Assembly: GCA_022824025.1 (NCBI GenBank)
Contig: JAJEBF010000033.1
Location: 1 to 64,000, forward strand
DNA: 64,000 nt
Direction of reading: 5' to 3'
From: Caldilineaceae bacterium
Lineage (GTDB): Bacteria > Chloroflexota > Anaerolineae > Caldilineales > Caldilineaceae
Part shown: positions 19,090 through 28,142 of the stretch, piece by piece
Position numbering within the stretch: the first letter of the stretch is position 1
Layout: the number at the start of each line of letters is the position of its first letter
The notes under the pieces: model-generated
Seen by the model: only the letters and a program-made list of their open reading frames with translations
Told to the model about the DNA's origin: nothing
The model's database searches: none
Made by a program: the position numbers and the translations under genes

Positions 19090-19383
19090 ATGACATTTGA
19101 CGAATTCAAGGCCAGCCTTTCGAACGAGGCGCCGCCGGACGATGTGAGCGCTCCCCTGCGTGCGCTTTGGATGGTGGAAGGCGACGACTGGGAAGGCGCC
19201 CACGTCCTTTTGCAGGATCTGCCTGACGGCAACGGCGTGGCGTGGGTGCACGCGTATCTGCACCGGGTTGAAGGCGATCTCCCGAATGCCGATCACTGGT
19301 ACCGCCGCGCGCAGAAACCGGCCAGCAGGGCGCCTCTGCCGCAGGAGTGGGAAGAGATCGCCCGCGCCCTGTTGGAGGCCTGA
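19090..19383 (+). CDS. Hypothetical protein (97 aa)
   Basis: ATG preceded by AGGAG. No recognisable family. Confidence 0.4.
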   Translation: MTFDEFKASLSNEAPPDDVSAPLRALWMVEGDDWEGAHVLLQDLPDGNGVAWVHAYLHRVEGDLPNADHWYRRAQKPASRAPLPQEWEEIARALLEA

Positions 19384-19460
19384 TCGTTTCGTAGCAAGCT
19401 GCTGATTGTCCGCGTGTTAACGCAAGTTTGTACGTTGCGGAAAGGATCTTCCCTACCCTG

Positions 19461-20672
19461 ATGCCATACCCATCCTTCGCGCCCTCTGCCGAACGCGTCC
19501 CGGAATCCCGCATTCGGGCGCTGGCGGACGTAGCCTTTGGCATGGAGGACGTGCTGTTCCTGCAGTTCGGCGAGTCGACCCTGCCGACACCACCCTACGT
19601 GGTGGACGCGGTCAACCGGGCAGCGCAGGAAGGTTGGACCTTTTATTCACCCAATCAGGGTTTACCGTCGCTGCGGGACGCGATCGTCGACCTGATCGCG
19701 AGATTGCACGGCGTAGAGATTGGGGCATCGGAAATCCAGGTCACGTCGGGGGGTGTGCAGGCGCTCAACCTGGCGATCAAGTGTGTGATCGATCCGGGTG
19801 ATGAGGTTCTGGTGCTGAGCCCGAACTGGCCGAACGGGTCGGCCATGGTAGAGATGTTCGGCGGACGGGCGATTGAGGTGCCGATGGCTCGTGTGGGGCA
19901 GCGGTTTACGCCGGACGTGGAGGCCATGGAACGCGCGCTGTCGCCGCGTACGCGCATGCTTTTGTACGCTTCGCCCTCCAATCCGCTTGGCTGGACGGCG
20001 ACGGTTTCTGAACAGCAGATGTTGCTGGATTTCACGCGCCAGAACGGGTTGTGGCTGCTGACTGACGAGGTCTACGAGCGGATATACTACGGCGGTCAGG
20101 GCGCTGTTGAGAGCGTGCAGGGTCAGGCAGGTTCCGGGCAGATCGCGCCGTCGATTCTTAAGCTGTGTTCGCGTGAAGACGCAGTCATCGTCGTCAACTC
20201 CTTTTCGAAGACCTACTGCATGACCGGCTGGCGGCTTGGATGGATGGTGAGCCGGGCGGACTTCGTGAGGAAAGCGGCGCAGCTGAACGAGTTCATCGTT
20301 TCGCACGCGCCGACGATGATCCAGCGGGGCGGCGAGGCTGCCATCGCCCACGGCGAAGACGACATCGCGGCGATGGTGGAGGAGTTTCAGGAACGGCGGG
20401 ACTTCTGCGCCGGGATGTTGAGAACTGTACCCGGTGTCAACCTGCCGGAGCCGGAGGGGGCCTTCTATCTGTTCCCGCAGCTCGAAGGCGTTGAAGACTC
20501 GTTCCAATTCTCTCTTGAGCTATTGCAGGAGAGGCATGTAGCCGTTGCCCCGGGCAGTGCTTTTGGCAACGGAGGCGAAGGATCGATTCGTATCTGTTAC
20601 GCGCCGGATATGGACGTCTTGAAGCCGGCGATGGAACGGATCTGCGAGTTCATACAGACATATCATTCCTAG
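19461..20672 (+). CDS. Class I/II PLP-dependent aminotransferase (aspartate aminotransferase-like)
   Basis: PLP lysine in NSFSKTYCMTGWRLGW. The start is uncertain: ATG at 19461, or the in-frame TTG at 19428. Confidence 0.8.
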   Translation: MPYPSFAPSAERVPESRIRALADVAFGMEDVLFLQFGESTLPTPPYVVDAVNRAAQEGWTFYSPNQGLPSLRDAIVDLIARLHGVEIGASEIQVTSGGVQALNLAIKCVIDPGDEVLVLSPNWPNGSAMVEMFGGRAIEVPMARVGQRFTPDVEAMERALSPRTRMLLYASPSNPLGWTATVSEQQMLLDFTRQNGLWLLTDEVYERIYYGGQGAVESVQGQAGSGQIAPSILKLCSREDAVIVVNSFSKTYCMTGWRLGWMVSRADFVRKAAQLNEFIVSHAPTMIQRGGEAAIAHGEDDIAAMVEEFQERRDFCAGMLRTVPGVNLPEPEGAFYLFPQLEGVEDSFQFSLELLQERHVAVAPGSAFGNGGEGSIRICYAPDMDVLKPAMERICEFIQTYHS

Positions 20673-20721
20673 CGGCAGCATGTCGCGCCAAAGCCGAGAC
20701 CTAGACCACAAGGAAGCCAGA

Positions 20722-21444
20722 ATGAATCCCGAAGCGATCCTGGAAGAGCTGAAGACAATCGATACGCCGTCGATCACCAATGTCGTTGCCACATACCCTG
20801 AAGATCCGCTCTGTCTGGGCCTTTACAACCCGTGGACGGAAAACTGGTATACGGATGAGACGATTCGCTGCATGTATCCTGAAATGGGCGCGCTGACCGG
20901 CTACGCGGTGACGTGCGTCTATGGGCTGCCTGACCCGAATTTTTCGCGGCTCTCATTCATGGACGTACTGGAGGCGCTGGACTCGTCTCCCAAGCCGACG
21001 ATTCTTGTGTTGGAACAGAAGTTTCCGCCTGAGATTGCCGGGAAGGTGGGGCTGGCCGGGGGCAACATGACGGCGGCGATGCAGGCGGTAGGCTGCGTGG
21101 GCTGCATTTCGAACGGTCCGTCGAGGGACATCGACGAGATCCGGCCGATGGGCTTCCAGTATCTGCTGAGCGGCGTTACGCCCGGGCACGGGGACATGGC
21201 GGTACATGCGGTGAATGTGCCGGTGCATGTCAAAGGCATGGATGTAGCGCCGGGCGAGATCGTGCATATGGATGAGAACGGCGCGTGCAAGTTCCCGGCA
21301 GACAGGATGGAGGAGGTCCTGCGCAACGTCAAGCAGCTGCTGGCGAATGAAGCTGACCGAATCGGGCTGATGCAGAAGGCTTCGAGCGCTGCGGAGGTTC
21401 GGGCAATCATGGCTGGGCATAGCTATGGGGATGATGAGGAGTGA
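20722..21444 (+). CDS. RraA-family protein (RraA/4-hydroxy-4-methyl-2-oxoglutarate aldolase-like)
   Basis: CISNGPSRDIDEI ... PGEIVHMDENGACKFP is the RraA-like fold. Start chosen at the ATG preceded by AAGGAAG. Confidence 0.7.
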   Translation: MNPEAILEELKTIDTPSITNVVATYPEDPLCLGLYNPWTENWYTDETIRCMYPEMGALTGYAVTCVYGLPDPNFSRLSFMDVLEALDSSPKPTILVLEQKFPPEIAGKVGLAGGNMTAAMQAVGCVGCISNGPSRDIDEIRPMGFQYLLSGVTPGHGDMAVHAVNVPVHVKGMDVAPGEIVHMDENGACKFPADRMEEVLRNVKQLLANEADRIGLMQKASSAAEVRAIMAGHSYGDDEE

Positions 21445-21454
21445 AAAAGCTGGG

Positions 21455-21489
21455 GTGAGGAGTGAGGAGTGAGGAGTGAGGAGTGAGAG
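21455..21489. repeat. Tandem heptamer (GTGAGGA) x ~4.5
   Basis: gtgagga gtgagga gtgagga gtgagga gtgagag, directly after the RraA-like stop. The last copy forms the 5' arm of the terminator hairpin. Confidence 0.8.
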
Positions 21490-21510
21490 AGCTTCTCACT
21501 CCTTTTTTTT
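21480..21510 (+). terminator. Rho-independent terminator
   Basis: GGAGTGAG - agagctt - CTCACTCC is a perfect 8-bp stem. TTTTTTTT follows. Confidence 0.8.
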
Positions 21511-21530
21511 CTTTTGGGGAATGCTTGTTC

Positions 21531-21998
21531 TCAGGGGAGGGAGTCTTCGGTTTCGATTACATCGATGCGGACGGCTACCCAGCCGTCGTTGTCGCTGAGG
21601 ATGTCGTCGTTGATGCGCAGGTAGAGGATGCCGTGCTCGCCTGCTTGCATGTTCACGGCTTGGCCGACGATGAAGCGCGCTCCGCTTTCGCCGATGCGGC
21701 CAATGAGCGCGCCGCCGGCCCCGCTGGAAATTGGGTAGAAACTGGCGGCGGGGAATCTGGGATGTCCGGCAGGCCCGTGAAACTCATCGGGCGTGTAGAG
21801 CCATTGCCCGGTTGCGGCGATTCTGACTCGGTCTCCGTAATCGATCCGAATCCCTGTACTTTGCCAGTCGCGGTAGGCGTAGATGCGTTTGGCGACAAGG
21901 TCGCTGTGGCGCTTGGAGACCGTCAGGGCCGGTTGAGCGGTTTGCGCCAGGGCCGCCAGGACAGTCACGGCGCCTGCCAGAAGGAGTAGCTTTCGCAT
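21531..21998 (-). CDS. Secreted PA-IL/LecA-like lectin-fold protein
   Basis: Signal peptide MRKLLLLAGAVTVLAALA. The stretch DYGDRVRIAATGQWLYTPDEFHGPAG...GALIGRIGESG...ILYLRINDDILSDNDG resembles the PA-IL galactophilic lectin pattern, recalled from memory. Confidence 0.55.
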   Translation of the reverse strand: MRKLLLLAGAVTVLAALAQTAQPALTVSKRHSDLVAKRIYAYRDWQSTGIRIDYGDRVRIAATGQWLYTPDEFHGPAGHPRFPAASFYPISSGAGGALIGRIGESGARFIVGQAVNMQAGEHGILYLRINDDILSDNDGWVAVRIDVIETEDSLP

Positions 21999-22001
21999 GG
22001 T

Positions 22002-23858
22002 CTACTCCTCTACGGAGGGCCGCAGCTCGAGGATCGGCTCAGCGCCGGCTCCCAGGATCCACTTGCTGTTCTCCTTCAGTTCGACGGCGATGAGATAGTC
22101 GATGTACTTTTCGGCGAGCGCGCCCTTGCCTTCCAGTTCGCTAAGAATGGCGCGGACCGCGAGTTGCTGTGCCTCGGTCGTGAGCTGGATTTGTTCGGCT
22201 TCGGCTGCGGCGGTGGTGGTGATGCGGTAGGCGTGGGCTTCGGCCTCCTTTTGGGCGGCGTAGAACTGTGCGTCGGCGACGGTGCGCTGCTGCGCCGCTT
22301 CGGCTTCGGCCTGTTCCTGGCGTTGCACGGCCACCATGCGGTCCTTGATAGCGGACAGCACCTCGGTGGGCGGTGACGCGCTCTGAATCTGGACGGTTAT
22401 GAACTCGACACCGTACTGATCCTCTTTCTCCTCCAACTCCTGCATGATCTCAAGGTTCATCTCGGTGCGCTGGTTTATGACGCCGGTCATGGGCTTGGTA
22501 TTGATCACGTCGCGCAGCCGTCCCTGCACGAATTCGAAGACGATGCGTTCCGGGTCGTCAACGGCGAGGGCAAAGCGCTGCGGATCAGTTACGCGATAGG
22601 TGAATTGGAGCGATACGTCCATCGTCACATTGTCGGAGGTCATGGCGGCGATGCGTTCGACGTAGCCGAGTCGTTCGTTGACTTTGACGATGATGACTGT
22701 ATCGACCAGAGGGACCTGGATGTGCCAGCCGGGCATTTGCACGCCGAGGAAGCGGCCGCCGCGCAGGTGGAGGCCGCGCTCGAATTCGTGAATCTTGTAG
22801 ACAGCGGCGCGACCCACGTAGAGAGCGACCAGAATGACGGCCAGCGCCGCCAGGATCGTGATTGACAGCTTATAGAGGCGGTCCAGGGTGGGGCCGGCGG
22901 TTTGGCGCGTGTCGGTTACGGCCGTCGCAACTGTTTCTTCGCTCATGTTTTCCTCACTTTTTGGGGGATAGTCACCTGCTTTTTCGGAATCAGTCGGGTC
23001 AGAATAGTCTTTGAACCTTGTGACTGCGCTGGTCAAGGCCGGCAGGACCTGTTCGACCTTTTTGCCTAGATGGCCAATTTCCCTTTTTGCTTTGAGCGCA
23101 CGGACCAGCCATTGGACAAGTGGGGGCAGCAGGAGCGGCCCGCTCAGGATTATCCATCCGAGGCTGACCAGCGCGGTCAACATTACCAGAAAGTCTCGGA
23201 CTCTTCCAACGTCATCCAGATAACCCAGACCGATGAAGAAGAGTGTGTGGGTCGGGATCACACCTCCATAGAGCACAGCAGTCCGAATCCAGTTGGTTTC
23301 CCCCTGCGCGAACCTGGACAGAGGGTACCAGTACAGAGTTGCGATTGCAGCGCCTGCCACGGCTGATAGAAAGACGCCAGACAGATCTCCGGGAGATTGC
23401 CCTCCGGTCACGAGAATAAAGAGCGGTATGGTCAGGCCGGCATGGGGAAAGACGGTGTAGGCTGCAAGTTGCCGCTGCGGGCGGCGCCAGCCCAGCCAAA
23501 GCGCGGCCGCGAAGTAGGGTGCGAATGCCGTAGGAAGGAGAATGAGGCCCAGGAGAATCATGAGGGGGCCGTCGCCCCAACCCGTGATAAGGAAGGTGAT
23601 TTGCAGCAGGATGGCCACCGCCGCGTAGACGGCGAATCCCAACCATGGGTAAAACCAGTGCGGACGCCCGGCGCGCCACCCGATTATGGCCCCGACGAAG
23701 TAGATTGCTCGCAGCGCCCAGATCACGCCCGCCTGCCAGCCGCTGGCGGGAACTGGTCCGGGGGCGTTGGCTGCCAGCCAGAATGCGCCAGGCAGAAGCA
23801 AGAAGGGCAAGAAAATGAGTGCTGCGGCGCGGAGCAGATGGGTTTGGTTCATGGGCAA
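22002..23858 (-). CDS. Polytopic membrane protein with a C-terminal SPFH/band-7 (stomatin/HflK-like) domain
   Basis: About 8 predicted TM helices in the first 300 aa. Then IQVPLVDTVIIVKVNERLGYVERIAAMTSDNVTMDVSLQFTYRV ... YGVEFITVQIQSASPP, which is SPFH. An Ala/Glu-rich coiled-coil tail follows. The stop lies 3 nt upstream of the lectin-like gene start. Confidence 0.75.
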   Translation of the reverse strand: MPMNQTHLLRAAALIFLPFLLLPGAFWLAANAPGPVPASGWQAGVIWALRAIYFVGAIIGWRAGRPHWFYPWLGFAVYAAVAILLQITFLITGWGDGPLMILLGLILLPTAFAPYFAAALWLGWRRPQRQLAAYTVFPHAGLTIPLFILVTGGQSPGDLSGVFLSAVAGAAIATLYWYPLSRFAQGETNWIRTAVLYGGVIPTHTLFFIGLGYLDDVGRVRDFLVMLTALVSLGWIILSGPLLLPPLVQWLVRALKAKREIGHLGKKVEQVLPALTSAVTRFKDYSDPTDSEKAGDYPPKSEENMSEETVATAVTDTRQTAGPTLDRLYKLSITILAALAVILVALYVGRAAVYKIHEFERGLHLRGGRFLGVQMPGWHIQVPLVDTVIIVKVNERLGYVERIAAMTSDNVTMDVSLQFTYRVTDPQRFALAVDDPERIVFEFVQGRLRDVINTKPMTGVINQRTEMNLEIMQELEEKEDQYGVEFITVQIQSASPPTEVLSAIKDRMVAVQRQEQAEAEAAQQRTVADAQFYAAQKEAEAHAYRITTTAAAEAEQIQLTTEAQQLAVRAILSELEGKGALAEKYIDYLIAVELKENSKWILGAGAEPILELRPSVEE

Positions 23859-24653
23859 AGCATGGCGCAGGATCCGTTTCCGATTCAGTTTACCATCAGG
23901 GGCGATGGGTTCCCGGATTCGTTTCGGTCCGTTTACGGGCGGATAGTGTACGGATTGGCCGGTAGGCAGAGGTAAATTTTGAAACGGGCATTTGGCTTCC
24001 CGAGCGTGTGGATTCTCTTATGGCGGCTCCAACTCGGCCAATTTCCGCAGCTGGCAGGCCATTTCCGGTGTACGGGCTTCCTGTGATATCCGCAGGGGCG
24101 AAGAGAGGAACACCTTGGGGTTCCAATGGACTGCAGTGGTCGGAGGTTAGTTGGCAAGCTGGCGAGGATTGAGGGAGTGGTGAGTTGGTGGGGGGTGAGG
24201 GGCGGGGATGTCCCCCGGCCTGGTACAGACTTCAGCCGTCGGGGAGCGGGGCAAGGCCACCCGGTCCAGGCACTGCCCCGCCCGGTGGCAAAGAGAACCG
24301 GCGGCTAGAGGCGTTCGATTGCATTTGCGTGCGGCGGCTCACGCGGAGGGCGGGGCGCGGAGGGGGCGCCGACACAGGGCAAGGCAAAAAGGTTGATGGG
24401 TGGGGGTTGGGGAAGGACCGCAACGACATTAGATAGTGGGTAGGTGCGAGAGGACTTTTTGCAAAGGCCTTGAGAATTTAGAAGGGGTTGTGGCTTGGCA
24501 TTCGCCTGAATCCTTTTAATATTATTGCGTTTTTGCCACTTGCGCCTGTATCAGATGTGGATAAAATGACATTAAATTAACTCTCGTATGCTACGGACCG
24601 TTTTTCGTTTTGTTCTGAAAGCCGAGAGTTTTCACCTTGCATGGAGGGTCAAC

Positions 24654-26000
24654 ATGGGAACACAGCAAAGTCTTAGTCGACGCAGGTTCTTGCAGACTGC
24701 CGGTATGGGCGCGGCGGGCGTTGCGCTTGCGGCCTGCGCAGCGCCAACGACGGCGCCTGCCGAAGAGGAGTCGGGGGCGCCGGCCGCCGAGATGGTTGAA
24801 TTCATTTTTTGGCATCCGTCTGAAGACCGGGCCTTGAACATGCAGGACAAGTTCAACGAATCGGGACAGGGCATCACGGCGGTCTGGAACCTCGGTGAAT
24901 ATGATCAGAATACAAAGACCATGGCCGCCCTGGCAGCCGGCACACCGCCCCCGGTCTCATATCTGGGCCGGTGGCAGAGCGCGGACCTGGCTGTGCGCGA
25001 TGCCTTGGTCGTGCTGGACGACTACATAGAGGGAGCCCAGCACTTCGCATGGGACGACATCTGGGAGCGGCTCCAGAAAGATTCGATTCTCTGGGGCAAG
25101 AAGTGGATCGTTCCCTACACGACAGACACGCGCGCCTTGCTCTACAATCGGACGGTCATGGCCGAGGCGGGTCTGGACCCGGACTCGCCGCCGCTGACTT
25201 GGGACGCATTGCACCAGATGGCGATTGAGATAACTGAATTTGATGACGCGGGCCGCCTGGACGTGGTCGGTTTTACGCCTACATTCGGCAATCCGCCTGT
25301 CCATCTCATGTTTTTGACTCTGATCTGGTGTCTGGACAGCGACATGGTCAATGAGGATTTGACCCAAGTGACGATTACGGACAGGGGTGAGGAGGCGATG
25401 ACCTTCCTCAAGCAGTTGATGGACGATCAGGGAGGGTACGAAGCGGCCGGGGCCTTTACCCGAGGTCTAAGCCTGGCCGAGGGCATTGACGCATTTTCGG
25501 CGGGGAAGGTTGGTTTGGCGATGCACGGCCAATGGGTGCTTCGCAACTATGACCGCTATTCGCCCGATCTCGATTTCGGGATGATCCCGGGGCCGGTCTT
25601 CGAAGGGTACGACATTCACGCAAACTACGATGGCGGAGGAGGCTGGTTCCTGTTCAAGGAGGGCGGACAGCACGACGAAGCCTGGGCCTTCGTCGACTTC
25701 GTGATGAGCGAGGAGTTCTATGTCGACCATGCCAACCGGTTCCACCTGTTGCCGGCGCGCTCGGACGTAGGGGAGCAGTGGGCCGCATTCGACGAGCGGC
25801 GCGAAGTCTTCGCGGCGACGGCCAACACGGTGCGGTGGATTCCGATCTTTGTGGGCATTCTGGAAACATTGGGCGATCTGGCCAATATGTTTGACAACAT
25901 TCTGATTGGCGGGAACGACATTGCGTCCGAACTGCAGATCGCGGAAGAGAAGATTCAGGCCGTGCTGGACCGGCACAACGAATTCCCGGTGCCCTCCTGA
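24654..26000 (+). CDS. Sugar ABC transporter substrate-binding lipoprotein (family 1 SBP) with a Tat signal
   Basis: SRRRFLQTAGMGAAGVALAACAAP. ATG preceded by GGAGGG. Confidence 0.8.
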   Translation: MGTQQSLSRRRFLQTAGMGAAGVALAACAAPTTAPAEEESGAPAAEMVEFIFWHPSEDRALNMQDKFNESGQGITAVWNLGEYDQNTKTMAALAAGTPPPVSYLGRWQSADLAVRDALVVLDDYIEGAQHFAWDDIWERLQKDSILWGKKWIVPYTTDTRALLYNRTVMAEAGLDPDSPPLTWDALHQMAIEITEFDDAGRLDVVGFTPTFGNPPVHLMFLTLIWCLDSDMVNEDLTQVTITDRGEEAMTFLKQLMDDQGGYEAAGAFTRGLSLAEGIDAFSAGKVGLAMHGQWVLRNYDRYSPDLDFGMIPGPVFEGYDIHANYDGGGGWFLFKEGGQHDEAWAFVDFVMSEEFYVDHANRFHLLPARSDVGEQWAAFDERREVFAATANTVRWIPIFVGILETLGDLANMFDNILIGGNDIASELQIAEEKIQAVLDRHNEFPVPS

Positions 26001-26146
26001 TCGAGAGCGGGAGTTTACGCAAATGTACCTGGGCCGGGGATTGGTGTGCTCCGATTCCCGGCCCCCTGATCAATGTACTTCACACTTTGGGCATGGAAGG
26101 AGGCATCATTCCCTCATCGGGGAACCGGTTGTTGACTATGTGAGCT

Positions 26147-27010
26147 ATGCTAAACATTTATTTGGGTCGGTTTGAAGGGAAAAGCCGCAAGGTTGCCCAA
26201 GCCGCGTTGGTCTACCTTCTGCTTCTTGGTTTGGGATTCCTGTTTGCCATGCCGCTGGTGTGGCTGCTCTCCACTTCGCTGAAGAGCAATGAGCAGGTGG
26301 GGATGTGGCCGCCTGTATGGATACCGTATCCATTCGTCTGGCAAAACTTTTTTGTTGCCTGGACGAGCGGCAACTTCGGCCTTTATTTCTTCAATACGAC
26401 ATTGATTACGGTGCTGGCAACAGTAGGTCAACTTCTGACGGCCTCCATGGCCGCATTCGGGTTTGCCCGACTGCGCTTTCCGGGTCGCGAGTTCCTGTTT
26501 GCCGTTTTGCTGGCGACCCTGATGTTGCCTTTTGTCGTCACGATGATCCCTACCTTCATTCTTTTCAAGTACCTTGGGTGGTTAAACTCCTTCAAGCCGC
26601 TGATCGTTCCTTCTTACTTCGGGGGCGGCGCCTTCTTCATCTTTCTTTTGCGGCAGTTTTTTAAGACTTTGCCGACGGAGATGTTTGAGCAGGCGACGAT
26701 AGACGGGGCATCGAACTATCGGATTTACTTCCAGATATTGCTGCCGCTGTCCAAACCGGCACTTTCGACAGTGGCGATATTCGGCTTTATGCAGCATTGG
26801 AATGATTTCCTCGGCCCGCTAATCTACCTGAGCAGCCCGGAAAAGTTCACGCTGGCGCTGGGTTTGCGGCAGTTTATCCAGCGTACTGAGGTCCGATATC
26901 AGGAAATGATGGCGATGGCGTTGTTGATGACGCTGCCGGTGCTGCTGGTCTTCTTTTTCTTTCAGCAGTACTTTATTCGGGGTGTCGTCATGACTGGAAT
27001 CAAGGGGTAA
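26147..27010 (+). CDS. Carbohydrate ABC transporter permease (MalG/UgpE-type)
   Basis: 6 TM helices and the EAA-like loop DGASNYRIYFQILLPLSKPAL. Confidence 0.85.
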   Translation: MLNIYLGRFEGKSRKVAQAALVYLLLLGLGFLFAMPLVWLLSTSLKSNEQVGMWPPVWIPYPFVWQNFFVAWTSGNFGLYFFNTTLITVLATVGQLLTASMAAFGFARLRFPGREFLFAVLLATLMLPFVVTMIPTFILFKYLGWLNSFKPLIVPSYFGGGAFFIFLLRQFFKTLPTEMFEQATIDGASNYRIYFQILLPLSKPALSTVAIFGFMQHWNDFLGPLIYLSSPEKFTLALGLRQFIQRTEVRYQEMMAMALLMTLPVLLVFFFFQQYFIRGVVMTGIKG

Positions 27011-27093
27011 GCCTCCGATTGGAGGATACGGTGAATCAGGAAGTATCTCGGAGGGCGGGTACATAGCTGGCTGTTCAGCGAAGAGGCAAAGCA

Positions 27094-28089
27094 GTGAGTC
27101 AGGAATCTATTTCCATATCGGACGGCGGGGCGACAGAGTCTCTCAAATCCAGGCCGCGCAGTGTTTGGGCAAGTCCACTTCGCCGCAGGGAGGCATTTGA
27201 CGGCATTGTTTTCATCATGCCCTGGTTTTTGGGCCTGATCATCTTTATCCTGGGACCGTTTGCCGCCGGCTTTTATTACAGCTTGACCGAATACGACAGC
27301 CTGTTGCCTCCGCAGTGGCTGGGCCTACAGAACTACCAACGCATCCTGGTTGGCGATGATCGTTTTTGGGTTGCCGTGTACAATACGGTCTGGTATGTGA
27401 TGGCGGCGGTGGCGCCGCAGGTGATTCTTGGCCTGTTGTTGGCCATTCTGTTAAACCAGAAGGCGCGCGGGATTACGGTCTTTCGCACCGTCTTTTTCAT
27501 GCCGTCCATCGTGCCGATTGTTGCCTCCGTTTCCCTTTTCATTTTCATCCTGCATGACCGATTCGGATTGTTGAACGAGACTCTCTACCAGGTATTTGGC
27601 ATTGTCGGCCCTAACTGGCTCACAAGCCCCGACTGGTCAAAGCCCTCGCTGGTTCTCTGGAGCCTGTGGGGCATTGGCGGGGGGATGATCATTTATCTGG
27701 CGGGGCTGCAAGGGATTCCGGAGACTCTCTATGAGGCCGCCGCGATAGACGGGGCGGGGGCTCTGCGCAGCTTCTGGAAGATCACGGTCCCCATGATTTC
27801 GCCCACCATCCTATTTGTTCTCATCATGGGAATCATCGGCAGTTTCCAGATTTTCACACCGGTGTTCCTGTTGGGCGGCACGAATTACGGGCAGGCTGCC
27901 TCCGGCCCGATGGATTCACTGCTCTTCTGGGTTGTCTTTATCTATAATCAGGGCTTTTTCTATTTTCGCATGGGGTATGCAAGCGCCCTTGCCTGGCTGT
28001 TGTTTCTGCTGCTGGTGATTCTCACGTTGATTCAGTTCCGCTTGGCCGGTCGCTGGGTTTACTATGAGGACGAAGCGACCAATCGTTAG
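27094..28089 (+). CDS. Carbohydrate ABC transporter permease (MalF/UgpA-type)
   Basis: EAAAIDGAGALRSFWKITVPMISPTI. Confidence 0.85.
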   Translation: MSQESISISDGGATESLKSRPRSVWASPLRRREAFDGIVFIMPWFLGLIIFILGPFAAGFYYSLTEYDSLLPPQWLGLQNYQRILVGDDRFWVAVYNTVWYVMAAVAPQVILGLLLAILLNQKARGITVFRTVFFMPSIVPIVASVSLFIFILHDRFGLLNETLYQVFGIVGPNWLTSPDWSKPSLVLWSLWGIGGGMIIYLAGLQGIPETLYEAAAIDGAGALRSFWKITVPMISPTILFVLIMGIIGSFQIFTPVFLLGGTNYGQAASGPMDSLLFWVVFIYNQGFFYFRMGYASALAWLLFLLLVILTLIQFRLAGRWVYYEDEATNR

Positions 28090-28142
28090 GCGCGCTGCCA
28101 GATGGGCGGTGACACAGGTCGGCGCATAGAGGAGGGTTCTAC

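Noticed and set aside
21455-21489. GTGAGGA tandem repeat as a possible CRISPR or minisatellite array
   Set aside because: Only 7-nt units with no spacers. It is a simple microsatellite merging into a terminator.
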